Positions 48,167 to 58,611 of a stretch of DNA of 64,000 nt are shown piece by piece (position 1 is the first letter of the stretch; every line of letters begins with the position of its first letter). Both the position numbers and the translations under genes were made by a program. The stretch comes from an uncultured Chloroflexia bacterium (GTDB taxonomy: Bacteria; Chloroflexota; Anaerolineae; Anaerolineales; Anaerolineaceae), in assembly GCA_963804865.1 (NCBI GenBank), contig CAWDSH010000001.1, forward strand, positions 466,977-530,976. Reading direction: 5' to 3'. Below the pieces are notes generated by a model, which was not told where the DNA came from, did not search any database, and worked only from the letters and a program-made list of their open reading frames with translations.

Positions 48167-49594
48167 CTAGTCTGCGAGATCGCGCACATCACCGGTCGCT
48201 GCGACTTCACCTAAATAATCATTGATTAATGGTTTTACTTTTCCTTCCTTGATGGCTTCTTTTATATATTTGTTTGTATCTTTTACACCTAAAGCAGAAA
48301 ATAGTTTCGTAAACTGTACCTCCCAGGCTTTGCCAATTTTTTCGCGTTCCGGAAGAGGGAGATTCCATGATTTAGCCTTGAATGGACCAATGGCATTTTT
48401 CCTGAATTTATAATAGAACTGTTCATCTGTCATGTCAGCTTTTCTATCACTGGCATGCTTCTCATGTAAATACGCATAAATCTCTTCCCTGAAAACATCA
48501 GGGATCAGATCAAAAAACATATTGGTGAAGTTTGTGGCAAGGTGTACTTCTGTCGCTTCATATTCCACAAACTTACTGAAGGCATCTTCGGGTAATGTTG
48601 ATGCACCATGTTGGACCGTGCCCCCCAGACCATAATCATTTCTGGCAACTCTGCTAAGATCGCGAAGGATATCAAAATCAACGTTTACTTTTGCAATCGA
48701 CCCATCAGGTAAAACTACGCCTCCATGGGAAGTCCCAGTTTGAATACTGATCTTACTTAAACCTGCAGCAGTGGCATCCAGTTTCTTAAGTTTGGATGAA
48801 AAACCATCCAAATATCCACGTAGTTCTTCTTCGGTAGAATTATGTCCACCCACCTCGCCAATTTCTCCACCTATGGAGACTGTAATTTCAGCGGGTTCCA
48901 CGGAGCGAATATATGCGGTAAACATGGCTGACAGCTCGGTGTTTAATTCCTGCTGCTCTGGTATGGTGGATTTATTGATATCAACAAGCGTGGAAGTATC
49001 GATATCGATATTGAAGAAACCTGCAGCAAGTGCTTCTCTTATCAAAGTTTTAAGTGCTTTGATCTCTCCTTCAGGATCAGTGCCGTATTTCTTAAGCGAG
49101 ACTTGAAAATGATCCCCTTGGATAAAAACAGGTCCTTTATAATTTTCTGCAATCGCAGCTGCAAGAATGGATGTGGCATATTCTGTTGGCTTTTGATCCG
49201 TATAACCCATTTCCGAGCGCGCAATTTCAAAGATAATTGCTGCTCCATTCATTTTCATTGCTGCCCTAAAAGCTGCTTTTGCAGAATCAAAAGCAAGTAC
49301 GCGCAGGTTTAACGCTGGAACTGAAAACGTAAATGGGTATTTACCTTTTCCCCGTGCAATATAAAGCTCATGAATGGACGCAGGATAAGTTCCCATTTCC
49401 AAGGCGATCATTCGGGTAAGGTATCTGGCAAAACCTTGTTTTATCCCGGTGCCCAATGCCGACAGTTCAGCAAGTTTATGGATTTGATTCTTGACTTCAT
49501 CAGGTTTCAGAATTCGGACCGTATCTTCAGTTATTTCTATACTATGATTCAATAGACTTTCAAACTCAGAGAAAAATGACTTATCCATGATCAC
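48167..49594 (-). CDS. fba: Class II (metal-dependent) fructose/ketose-bisphosphate aldolase, long form
   Basis: FIQGDHFQ, GGEIGEVGG, QTGTSHGG and VQHGASTL blocks of class II aldolases. It is 475 aa, longer than classical FbaA. Confidence 0.7.
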   Translation of the reverse strand: MIMDKSFFSEFESLLNHSIEITEDTVRILKPDEVKNQIHKLAELSALGTGIKQGFARYLTRMIALEMGTYPASIHELYIARGKGKYPFTFSVPALNLRVLAFDSAKAAFRAAMKMNGAAIIFEIARSEMGYTDQKPTEYATSILAAAIAENYKGPVFIQGDHFQVSLKKYGTDPEGEIKALKTLIREALAAGFFNIDIDTSTLVDINKSTIPEQQELNTELSAMFTAYIRSVEPAEITVSIGGEIGEVGGHNSTEEELRGYLDGFSSKLKKLDATAAGLSKISIQTGTSHGGVVLPDGSIAKVNVDFDILRDLSRVARNDYGLGGTVQHGASTLPEDAFSKFVEYEATEVHLATNFTNMFFDLIPDVFREEIYAYLHEKHASDRKADMTDEQFYYKFRKNAIGPFKAKSWNLPLPEREKIGKAWEVQFTKLFSALGVKDTNKYIKEAIKEGKVKPLINDYLGEVAATGDVRDLAD

Positions 49595-49612
49595 TCCTAA
49601 TAATATAAATGC

Positions 49613-50782
49613 TCAACTTAAAAACATGGGAACGCCCATAAAATCATGTATTTTTGGTTTGTAAGCTTCGATATCGTAATAACTCGCAACATCCACACGT
49701 TTTTTGCCCGCCAAAACCATATCAACCGGAACAGTCGTGTACTTTCCACCGTGTAATGCAACCATTTTACCAGTCTCATTTCGGCGGATTAACTGAACCG
49801 CCAGGTTGCCATAAGACATTGCCACCATGCGATCTAAAGAATCCGGGGCACCCGAGCGCATCAGGTATCCTAATTGCTGATAAAGAATATCCTGACCGGA
49901 AATTTTTTTAATTTCCTCAGCAACCAGTTCACCCACTCCCCCCAATTTCCGATGACCAAACATATCCGCTTCACCTGATTCAATCACATCTCCACCTTCC
50001 ATGATGGCGCCTTCAGAAATGGTCATGATCGCATAATTGGAGGGATTGTTTCGTTTATCTTCGACAAGAAAATCCACTAATTTATGGATATTGAATGGAA
50101 CCTCAGAGATGATTGACCGATCCACATAGGATAAATAAGCGCTGATCAGACTTGTTTCTCCAGAATTTCGTCCAAATAATTCCACAACTGCAATTCTTTC
50201 ATGGGAACCGGCGCTTGTTCGCATGTTGGTGATAAACTCCACACTTCTGGTTACCGCAGTTGAGAATCCAATGCAATAATCGGTTCCAAATACGTCATTA
50301 TCCATGGTCTTGGGAATGGCAACAACTGGGAAACCCTCCTTATGCAGCCGTACACCAAAACTCAATGTATCATCTCCACCAATGGGGCACATCACATTGA
50401 TACCTAGATGGTTCAGGACATTCAGCACATAATCTGTGTAATCCATCGTGCCATCGTCATCAACTTTCTTGCCCCATTTGGAATTGACAAGAAAATCTGG
50501 GATGCGTTTACTCCCTACTTTTTGCGGATTGGTCCTCGAAGTGTGTAAAAATGTCCCACCTGTTCGATCGATCGTTCGAACATCGTCTTTATGTAATTCC
50601 TTTATGTAGTAATCACGGGTGGATGGTTCATCTAAATTGTAATTGAGCAATCCAGCCCACCCCTTTTTTATCCCTATTACCCTGTATCCTAATTCCAATG
50701 CACTTAAGACTACTGCTTTCATCGCAGGATTTAAGCCGGGGACATCTCCACCGCCCGTTAAGATTCCGATAACCTTAGACAT
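49613..50782 (-). CDS. pfp: Phosphofructokinase with PPi-dependent-type signature residues
   Basis: Start trimmed to [18 protein letters not shown]. It has GGDDT where ATP-PFKs have GGDGS/T, and PKTMDND where they have PGTIDND. Confidence 0.75.
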   Translation of the reverse strand: MSKVIGILTGGGDVPGLNPAMKAVVLSALELGYRVIGIKKGWAGLLNYNLDEPSTRDYYIKELHKDDVRTIDRTGGTFLHTSRTNPQKVGSKRIPDFLVNSKWGKKVDDDGTMDYTDYVLNVLNHLGINVMCPIGGDDTLSFGVRLHKEGFPVVAIPKTMDNDVFGTDYCIGFSTAVTRSVEFITNMRTSAGSHERIAVVELFGRNSGETSLISAYLSYVDRSIISEVPFNIHKLVDFLVEDKRNNPSNYAIMTISEGAIMEGGDVIESGEADMFGHRKLGGVGELVAEEIKKISGQDILYQQLGYLMRSGAPDSLDRMVAMSYGNLAVQLIRRNETGKMVALHGGKYTTVPVDMVLAGKKRVDVASYYDIEAYKPKIHDFMGVPMFLS

Positions 50783-50802
50783 TCGATTCTCCGATGTGAG
50801 GA

Positions 50803-51882
50803 TTATGACTGCGCAGCTTGAGGTACGGTAGAGACACAAGGTATCTGGAAAGTGATCATGCTTCCTTTACCCGGAGCTGAATCTATATCCATCCGCCCGC
50901 CCAGCATCTCAACCCTGTCGCGAATCAACTTAAGACCAAGGCCACCTGTTTTCATTACAGATTCAGGTTCAAACCCAACGCCGTTATCTCCAATTGTGAC
51001 CCTGACATAGTCTTCTTCAATAATGACCGTTACTTCTATACGGATCTTGCTGAGCTGCTCCTGATTATGAGTAACGACATTTCCCATTAATTCTTGAACA
51101 GCCCGATAGATCATCACTTCAAGATAATTTTCCATGCGTCTTTCGGAGCCACGAATCTGGAAATTAATATCTACGCCGGATTGTTCTTTGAACGTCTCCA
51201 TATATCGCTTCATGGTCGGAGCCAAACCAAGATCATCGAGACTCATAGGTCGTAATTCTGTAATAAATGTCCTTACTTTTTGGAAGGTGCTCATAGCCGA
51301 AGTTTTAAGGTTTTCCAATTCTTCTTTGGCACGAGCAGGATCTATTTCCATTAATCGTGCAGAAATTTCTGCTTGAACAATAAAATTCGAAAGCGCTTGG
51401 GCGGGACCATCATGCATTTGCCTCGAAAGCCGTTGTCGTTCTGATTCCTGGGCACTAATCAACATTTCAAGAGATGCAATGCCGCTCCCACTTTTTCCAG
51501 CGCTCTTTCCTCCTGATGGATTCTCACCCAACTGTAACTTGGTTTTTTCCAGGAATTCCAGATATTGTTTTAGATTTGTCTGCTCATTTTGAACTTTTTC
51601 AATCTGTCCCCGCATCACCAGCAAACGCTGCTGGGCTTCAATCGCATTCCGATAAGTCGTCCTTATTTCTTCTCTTGCCATGGTATCGATGGAGGTTTCC
51701 ATCTGCTGTAATTGGCTGGTAATCGTTGTATTTCGCTGAACGAGCTTATTAAGTTCCATTTGGCTCTGATCGATCATTACCTTGTTTTCGTTGAGTTTTC
51801 GTTGAATTTGTTCAGTTTCCTGAGCCAATACTTGATCAAAACTCTCTGAAATCTCGTTGGTATCAAATGATTCGAGCGCCAT
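50803..51882 (-). CDS. Cytoplasmic DegS-like sensor histidine kinase (coiled coil, HisKA_3, HATPase_c)
   Basis: H-box [20 protein letters not shown]-box ELMGNVVTH and G-box [14 protein letters not shown]. There are no TM segments. Confidence 0.85.
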   Translation of the reverse strand: MALESFDTNEISESFDQVLAQETEQIQRKLNENKVMIDQSQMELNKLVQRNTTITSQLQQMETSIDTMAREEIRTTYRNAIEAQQRLLVMRGQIEKVQNEQTNLKQYLEFLEKTKLQLGENPSGGKSAGKSGSGIASLEMLISAQESERQRLSRQMHDGPAQALSNFIVQAEISARLMEIDPARAKEELENLKTSAMSTFQKVRTFITELRPMSLDDLGLAPTMKRYMETFKEQSGVDINFQIRGSERRMENYLEVMIYRAVQELMGNVVTHNQEQLSKIRIEVTVIIEEDYVRVTIGDNGVGFEPESVMKTGGLGLKLIRDRVEMLGGRMDIDSAPGKGSMITFQIPCVSTVPQAAQS

Positions 51883-51963
51883 CTTGAAACTCCTAAATTG
51901 GACTTGTCATTAACTAATCAAGTATAGCATAACCTTTCTTAGGTTATCCGAACAACTTTCAAC

Positions 51964-53448
51964 TTACTCTTTTGGCAATTTAAAAATCTCCATATTCTCG
52001 CCCCCGGCATTTATTGAAAATTCACTAGTAGTTTTAAAAACAGAAGGTAATCCATTTACAAGGGCCGGATACCACCCAGGAAATGTCATCAAGTATGATG
52101 CCCTTTGTTCCGAAATATACTTAGCAAGTTCTGTCTCATCCCGAATAATCGGAATAATCTCTGGTGATATCAAACCAGCCAGATCTAAAATATCCCGTTC
52201 ACCAAAGTATCCAAGAGCCCCAATGTCATGTACCGCAATGAGTGCATTAGCATCAGTATTAGACCTTATCCATTGAGAGGTCGTTACCATTTCGGATTCA
52301 ACAATCGCTACGTCTTCTGAATATGCCTTCGCTCCCAGTCCCACAAATAGCAACCAAACAACAAGGAAAGTGATTATCCATACACGTTTGAAGGTTCTTC
52401 TAATGAAATTTGAATCAGCAATTTGGTGAATGAGTTTATAGAAACCAGATCCCGAAATCAGAAAATATATCGTCATACTTGGTATTAGATAGCGACCGTG
52501 CTGATAAACCACTGGTAGCCTTAGTGCATATACTAAAGAAAATCCTAACCACCATATAACCATACCAATGATCGCCCATTCTTTTGAGAGAATTGCATTC
52601 TTGATCCGGTAAATAAAACCGGGTAGAAGCAAGATACCTGCTCCTATTGACGGCTGTTTTAATATTTCATAAAAACGCAAATAAAAGGGAACTTGAAGTA
52701 AAGATATATATTCCATTTGTTTTGCATAAAAAGTGTTAGGCCACCATGTTCCTGCAAATTGATAATTGAAGAATAAGTACAATAAGAACGGAATTAAGAA
52801 TCCAAATAAGGATACTATGATGGAGCGAAAATCAGCACGATGTGAAAGTAGAGAGATTAAAGCAACGAAACCCAGGGGTCCAAGCAGCGTTACAGCATCA
52901 GGTCGGATCCAAGCACCAATTCCAACCAATATCCCTGTCCAAAACCAATGGATTTTCTTTTGAGCAAGGCAAAGAAACACTAATACAACAAGAACTGACA
53001 TCAAGATCGTTTCCATCCCAGATAAGGCAGCCCATATAAAATGCCATTCACCAATTAAGAGGATCCCAACCCAAGGAATTTTGAATTGAGCATGATCAGT
53101 AATGAGTTGAAACACTTTTTCCCCTATCCATCCTATCAGGAACAGGCAAAGACCCCCCACAAGAAACGCCCAAAATAAATGACTTATATTAAAAAAATAA
53201 CCGATGGCCAAAAGAATTGTCCACAAGGGTGATGTTGAACCAGAAGTGGGTTTTCCTGGAATTAATGACCATTCGCCATATCTTACAAGATTCCGGGCAA
53301 AAGTTTGATGGATCCATGCGTCATCTAGTGGAAACCCAATTCTGAAATACTTGAAACTGGCGATGATGAATATACCCACGATAAAGAGAGTAACAAAGAT
53401 TAATATCAACAAACCGGATCTGTTCTGAAAAATTGGATGCTTTTTCAT
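51964..53448 (-). CDS. Polytopic membrane protein, GT-C-like putative glycosyltransferase
   Basis: About 11 TM helices with a first-loop acidic motif (GFPLDDAWIHQTFARNL..GSTSPLW) and a C-terminal soluble domain. Confidence 0.5.
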   Translation of the reverse strand: MKKHPIFQNRSGLLILIFVTLFIVGIFIIASFKYFRIGFPLDDAWIHQTFARNLVRYGEWSLIPGKPTSGSTSPLWTILLAIGYFFNISHLFWAFLVGGLCLFLIGWIGEKVFQLITDHAQFKIPWVGILLIGEWHFIWAALSGMETILMSVLVVLVFLCLAQKKIHWFWTGILVGIGAWIRPDAVTLLGPLGFVALISLLSHRADFRSIIVSLFGFLIPFLLYLFFNYQFAGTWWPNTFYAKQMEYISLLQVPFYLRFYEILKQPSIGAGILLLPGFIYRIKNAILSKEWAIIGMVIWWLGFSLVYALRLPVVYQHGRYLIPSMTIYFLISGSGFYKLIHQIADSNFIRRTFKRVWIITFLVVWLLFVGLGAKAYSEDVAIVESEMVTTSQWIRSNTDANALIAVHDIGALGYFGERDILDLAGLISPEIIPIIRDETELAKYISEQRASYLMTFPGWYPALVNGLPSVFKTTSEFSINAGGENMEIFKLPKE

Positions 53449-53457
53449 AATGATTAT

Positions 53458-54987
53458 TTACGGAAGTTCATAATACTGAAAACCATCATACTCGCCAAGA
53501 AAATGTAATCCATATTTGCTATTGGTCGTTATGTATAGATCATCTAATCCATCCACGTGTTCATTTTCAAGAATGAGATAACTGGCGTTGAATTTATCAG
53601 CCGCTTCTAAAAGTACGACTTCACTACCGTCCGGTATTACTATGGCAGGATCCCCTGTTACATAAAACCAACCTGGTGGATTTTTAACCATCACGATATC
53701 ATCATCAGTTTTTCCAATTGTGATTAATCTCTCATCTACCCCAGCGTATTGAACCTCGTGTTTGCTCCATATCTGAAAACCATTTTCAACTTTGAGTACT
53801 CTCTGTTGAAAAATCACGAAGGTAGCTAACACCAAGAATCCCAATAAGCTAATTGAAAAGAATTGGAATGCATGGTCAATATTCCAATTTCGTTTTTTAC
53901 CTGCATATTCAATTAACTGGTTAAATCCATATGGAACCATCGCCCAAAGGAATAATTGACTGGATGCGGCAGAGTGAATGTAACCACCTCGAGATCCCGC
54001 AAAAGGAAATATTACTGTCATGACAAATAGAGTCACACCCAGCATAAATACGTTATATCTTATAAGGTTTTTCTTACGAAGACTCCAAATTGCCATGGCC
54101 ATGAATGGCAAAAGGAGCACCATGGATTGAAAAGCCAGTAAGTTCTTTAAATTCATCCATAGAGCATCTAATCTGGAAGATAAGATAAGCTTTAATCCTT
54201 GGCTTAACCACGATGATAAATTAAGGTCTTCAACAGAAAACAAGAAAGTCTGGTTATAGTTCGTTAGCCAGAGAGTGCGGCTGTTTCCTGGCGGAAAAAT
54301 TGCTCCAAAATAAGAAAGATTTCTAAAATACCAGGAAGATGTTATCAATAAATATCCGGCCAAATAAAAAAGGGTATTTTGCATAAATGCAGAAATCTTG
54401 GACTTCTTATTCTTGACGACTAAGATGACCATTGCAACAATAAACCAAATGATGCCATCAGCGCGGGTCATATGCATAAGCCCAGTTAATACCCCAATTA
54501 CACCCCATTTGATCAATGGAGAAAAATTCAATTTAATCATTGAATTATCCTCACAGAGCAGAATTGACACCAACGCCCCCAAAATCATATATAAAACAAA
54601 TGTCTCGGTGAGTGAATAATAAACGAATAAAAATCCGGGAAAAATGGAAAGCAAACCTGCCATCCAACCTGCTCGTCGTCCAGGGAGGAACAAGGAACTC
54701 AAATAGGAAGTCAACACAGGAATTAAACCCGACAACAATATAAATCCCGATTGAAGAGCCAAATAGGATTTCGATCTCAACAACCACATACCCAAAGCAG
54801 CGATTAATGAAGGCAATGGCATCCAATAAGTGTGGGAAGGATGCGGCAAGCTTGAGGGGGAATCGAGATAATTCCACAAAATGCTTTCATTAAAACCGTG
54901 CCCTTCAAAGAGCCGAATTCCACCACCTGCATAGTATTCGGCATCCATATAGCCAGGAGCTTGAATAAGTAATGCGGAAATGAACAC
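53458..54987 (-). CDS. Polytopic membrane protein, GT-C-like (ArnT/PMT_2-like) putative glycosyltransferase
   Basis: Multi-TM with a first-loop motif APGYMDAEYYAGGG. The true start is probably the ATG near 55036 (MKK..), which is 1 nt out of frame with the ORF. Confidence 0.5.
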   Translation of the reverse strand: MFISALLIQAPGYMDAEYYAGGGIRLFEGHGFNESILWNYLDSPSSLPHPSHTYWMPLPSLIAALGMWLLRSKSYLALQSGFILLSGLIPVLTSYLSSLFLPGRRAGWMAGLLSIFPGFLFVYYSLTETFVLYMILGALVSILLCEDNSMIKLNFSPLIKWGVIGVLTGLMHMTRADGIIWFIVAMVILVVKNKKSKISAFMQNTLFYLAGYLLITSSWYFRNLSYFGAIFPPGNSRTLWLTNYNQTFLFSVEDLNLSSWLSQGLKLILSSRLDALWMNLKNLLAFQSMVLLLPFMAMAIWSLRKKNLIRYNVFMLGVTLFVMTVIFPFAGSRGGYIHSAASSQLFLWAMVPYGFNQLIEYAGKKRNWNIDHAFQFFSISLLGFLVLATFVIFQQRVLKVENGFQIWSKHEVQYAGVDERLITIGKTDDDIVMVKNPPGWFYVTGDPAIVIPDGSEVVLLEAADKFNASYLILENEHVDGLDDLYITTNSKYGLHFLGEYDGFQYYELP

Positions 54988-55048
54988 CGCAGTGGTGCCA
55001 ATAAGAAATAAGAAAAAGAAATCTAGATTTCTTCATGATGATTAATAA

Positions 55049-56528
55049 TTATCGATCAAAGAAATATATTTCCAAGTCATTAAATGAAGTTTTCTCTTGA
55101 AAATTGAATTCGTCATTGAGCCAACTGAGAATCGGATGCTGGTCCAATCCCCGTTCATTGTATTCTTCAACCGCCGATGAAAAAACCACAAATGCGATAC
55201 TTTTTGCTCCATCAACCGCATCCTCGATGTTGTTGACAGGAAAAATTTCCATCGCCTGTTGCGATGCAACTGCGAATGTGTCATTCGATGTCCCAGGTTC
55301 ATCAGCAAGGAATACCTGATCACTACCTGGAAGATAATAGCGCATAGGGAAGAAGCTTAATTTATTGTCATGGATTATCCGGAGATTAGAATCTTCACTG
55401 GTTTCAAGGAAATTGGCTGCTTCTTTATAAGGTGATCGTGGAAATTCAGCATAAGAATATAGGCTTGGCAAGGATAGGGCAGAATTTAGAACGAACAGAC
55501 TTGCCAGAACCAGCCCTATTCTTTTATTCCATCCCTTAGCTATGGCAATCCCGGCAATTCCCAGGAATATTGTCGCTGAATAAATAAACACGCGGGTAAC
55601 GAAGACCGGTCTCACAATATAAGAAACGAGAAACAATATTATTGGTGTCGATAAAGCTAAAATTAAGAGTAATGGCAATAACGGGATTTCTTTCCTATTT
55701 TTCCACGCGAAGAATAAAACAAGCATAAAACTTTCGATTGATAATAACGAACAAGCAAACAATAACCAGGATGGCGTTAGCGGTAAATGAGAAGTTAGCA
55801 AAATGATGGATTGAAATACTTCAACAATTCCGGGCCTTGGGGTCCAGAATGCTACCTGGACTTTCTGCAATTGGCCTGGAAGCATCACCAACCAGGGTAT
55901 GGAGAACAGCCCAATGATGATCTGAATGAGAAACAATGACCTAAAATTCTTCCAATCACGTTTTATCAAGAAGTAAACATCTGGTGCAATGATGCCAAAT
56001 ATTGCAAGGTTATGTGTATACATAGCACCGATACCGCAGACAGATTGCGCCGAACGAATATAATTGTTTTTTTTGATTAGGTTCATCGACCTGAATCAAC
56101 ACAATAACAAAATAGAAATAGAGAATTACCAATATTGCAAATAAAGCGTACATGCGAATATCCTGCGCATGATAGATTTGCAGAGGTGAAATAGCTACCA
56201 GGAATGCAGCCCATAAAGCAGCCGGCTCGTTGCTTACTTTGTTTATAAGTAGATACAAAGATACGATGATCCCAAGGCTTAACAAAACACTCAGTAATCG
56301 GAGGAACCAGATTTCCCGGTTGATTAGAAGCCAAAAATGTAATAGAAAATAATACAAGGGCGGCATGGTATCAGCTGCTGTCCCTTTAATAATCTCTCCT
56401 AGATTCTGAGTAGCGAGAAAAAAGCTAAACATGTCATCGTATTGGATATTACGACTGGAAATGAATAAAAGACGCAAAACTAATCCCAGAAGTATTATTC
56501 CTAATAGCGATCCCCCATTTTTTTTCAT
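55049..56528 (-). pseudogene. GT39/GT83-like (PMT_2 family) membrane glycosyltransferase, with a frame change near 56010-56086
   Basis: N-terminal ORF 56010..56528 (SRNIQYDDMFSFFLA..DTMPPLYYFLLHFW) and C-terminal ORF 55049..56086 overlap in different frames. Confidence 0.6.
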
Positions 56529-57787
56529 AAACGATTCATCATTTCATCATTATTAAAGGATTCGTAATACAAAGAAGGCGGTCGTACCGCCCATGAACGA
56601 AACCAATACAACATTATTAGAAGAAATGCTGGTAATGGGAAGAATAAAACAGGACTCTGGATAGGTTGATACGACATCTCCAACGTTGTGAGAAAAATGA
56701 TCCAAATACCAAAAAAAAGAACAAATAAAGTTATAAAAATTGGAAGATCAGCCTTTTTCTTCCATCTCGCTACAATAACCGAAAATATGAGCATCAAAGC
56801 GGGAAACATCGTTATGAAATTCCCCGGATCGGTTTGAATACCGATCCATGGGCTTATCGTGAGTGTCAGACAAGATACCCACAGAAAATGACGATAATCA
56901 GCTTTTCTAGCGAGCCACCATTCTACTAAAAGGATCACAATCATACATAGGGATATTACCGTGCCGATACGAGGACCAACAACTGGAAACCAGGTTGCTA
57001 ATGCTGCACTCGGAGTACCGGGTGGATTGTAACCAGGATATCTCATGACCTCCCTGATATTCTGCATAATCCAATCAGGAATGAGCAGAATGGCACTGAT
57101 AGAAATAAAAGCTATGGTGATTATGAACCAGACAATGATGCGATTTCGCTTTTGAATTATTGACCAGAAGAGGATTGCCGCGAGGAAGATCATCGTTACT
57201 TGAGGTTTAATGGTTGAGAATGCAAGTAATACACCGGCGAGCTCATCGTTCTTATTCTTTATCGCATAAAGAGCGGTTGCCAGGAAAAGTGCTATAAGTA
57301 TGATTACATTGCCATTGATGATTGCGCGAAGTGCGTGATACCAAAGCAAGGAAAACACAAGCAATACGATCCACATCCTCATCCCCGGACGCCAGCTTGT
57401 TAACCGGACTGATACAAACGTTAATAAAATAAGACCTAGCTCAAGTAAAGTCATCCACAATGCGCGTGCTAATTCATAATTACTAACAAAAGAAAAAGGC
57501 GCAAATAGGATAACTGAATATAACGGGTAAGCTACCCGTAATTCATGTTCTCCCTTTAGTGCGGGTCTACCATATACGGCGGTTTGAATTCTTAGAGCCA
57601 CTTCATCGGAGTAAGGGCTGATCCCTTCAGTAAATAATGCCCTGGTGCCAATCCAATGAACAAGGAAATCTGTACCACCTGGATTGGTAATTGAGTATCG
57701 GTAGTTTCCATAGGTGATCAAAACAAAAATGATAATCACCAAGGCAATCAAGAAAATAAAAGATTTCTGCTTATTTTGGTTTTTCAA
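56525..57787 (-). CDS. Polytopic membrane protein, DUF2029/GT87-like putative glycosyltransferase
   Basis: About 10 TM helices and a first-loop motif GGTDFLVHWIGTRALFTEGISPYSDE. The stop overlaps the downstream start by 4 nt. Confidence 0.5.
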   Translation of the reverse strand: MKNQNKQKSFIFLIALVIIIFVLITYGNYRYSITNPGGTDFLVHWIGTRALFTEGISPYSDEVALRIQTAVYGRPALKGEHELRVAYPLYSVILFAPFSFVSNYELARALWMTLLELGLILLTFVSVRLTSWRPGMRMWIVLLVFSLLWYHALRAIINGNVIILIALFLATALYAIKNKNDELAGVLLAFSTIKPQVTMIFLAAILFWSIIQKRNRIIVWFIITIAFISISAILLIPDWIMQNIREVMRYPGYNPPGTPSAALATWFPVVGPRIGTVISLCMIVILLVEWWLARKADYRHFLWVSCLTLTISPWIGIQTDPGNFITMFPALMLIFSVIVARWKKKADLPIFITLFVLFFGIWIIFLTTLEMSYQPIQSPVLFFPLPAFLLIMLYWFRSWAVRPPSLYYESFNNDEMMNRL

Positions 57788-57830
57788 ATAATCTCCGGGA
57801 TTATTAGTATGAATAAATTATAATTCACAC

Positions 57831-58611
57831 ATGCAATTAAAGATTTCTGTGGCTCAAGTGAACATTCATCTGGGCAATATCTCCAAAAATCTTTCAATCG
57901 GTCGCGATCTAATTAAGCAGGCTGCTGATGAAGGTAGTAAATTTATCATTTTCCCCGAATTATGGACAAGTGGCTTTGATTACTCGAATATTGAAAAAAT
58001 TGCTTTGAACAACCGAAGCGTACTCAATGAATTATTATCCATTTCAAAGCAATATCAGATCGTCATCGCTGGCTCTTATATAACCAAAAACAAGGAACTG
58101 TATGGAAATGAATTGATCGTAATTGATCCACATCAAGAACATTCATCATATCAAAAGATCCATTTGTTCAAATTAAATAATGAGCATCTTTACTTTACAC
58201 CCGGTAATGCTCCTGTAAGCCTAAATATTTTGGGAGTAAATATTGGCTTATCGATTTGCTATGATCTGCGTTTTCCCGAGATGTTCCGATTTTACATGAA
58301 AAACGGCGCAGAAATAGTGATTAATTCAAGCGAGTGGCCTCTCAAGCGAATCAAGCATTGGAATACCTTGCTCATTGCACGAGCTATCGAAAATCAATAT
58401 CTATCTTGTAGGATGCAACGCTGGTGGAATTTCCGGGGATGTTCTTCTTGGAGGAAGATCAGCTGTCATTGATCCATGGGGAAAACGGATTGCAGTCTCC
58501 TCTTCATATGAACAAGCCCTATTGTCAACAACGATTGATATCGATCGAATAAAAGAAGTACGGTCCAAACTCCCGGTTCTGGATGATTCCCGATTCGATA
58601 TTTACGGCTGA
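57831..58611 (+). pseudogene. Carbon-nitrogen hydrolase (nitrilase superfamily), with a frame change near 58375-58472
   Basis: Catalytic Glu (IIFPELW) and Cys (GLSICYDLRFPE) are in ORF 57831..58472. The conserved tail (GGRSAVIDPWG..) is in 58375..58611. Confidence 0.8.
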
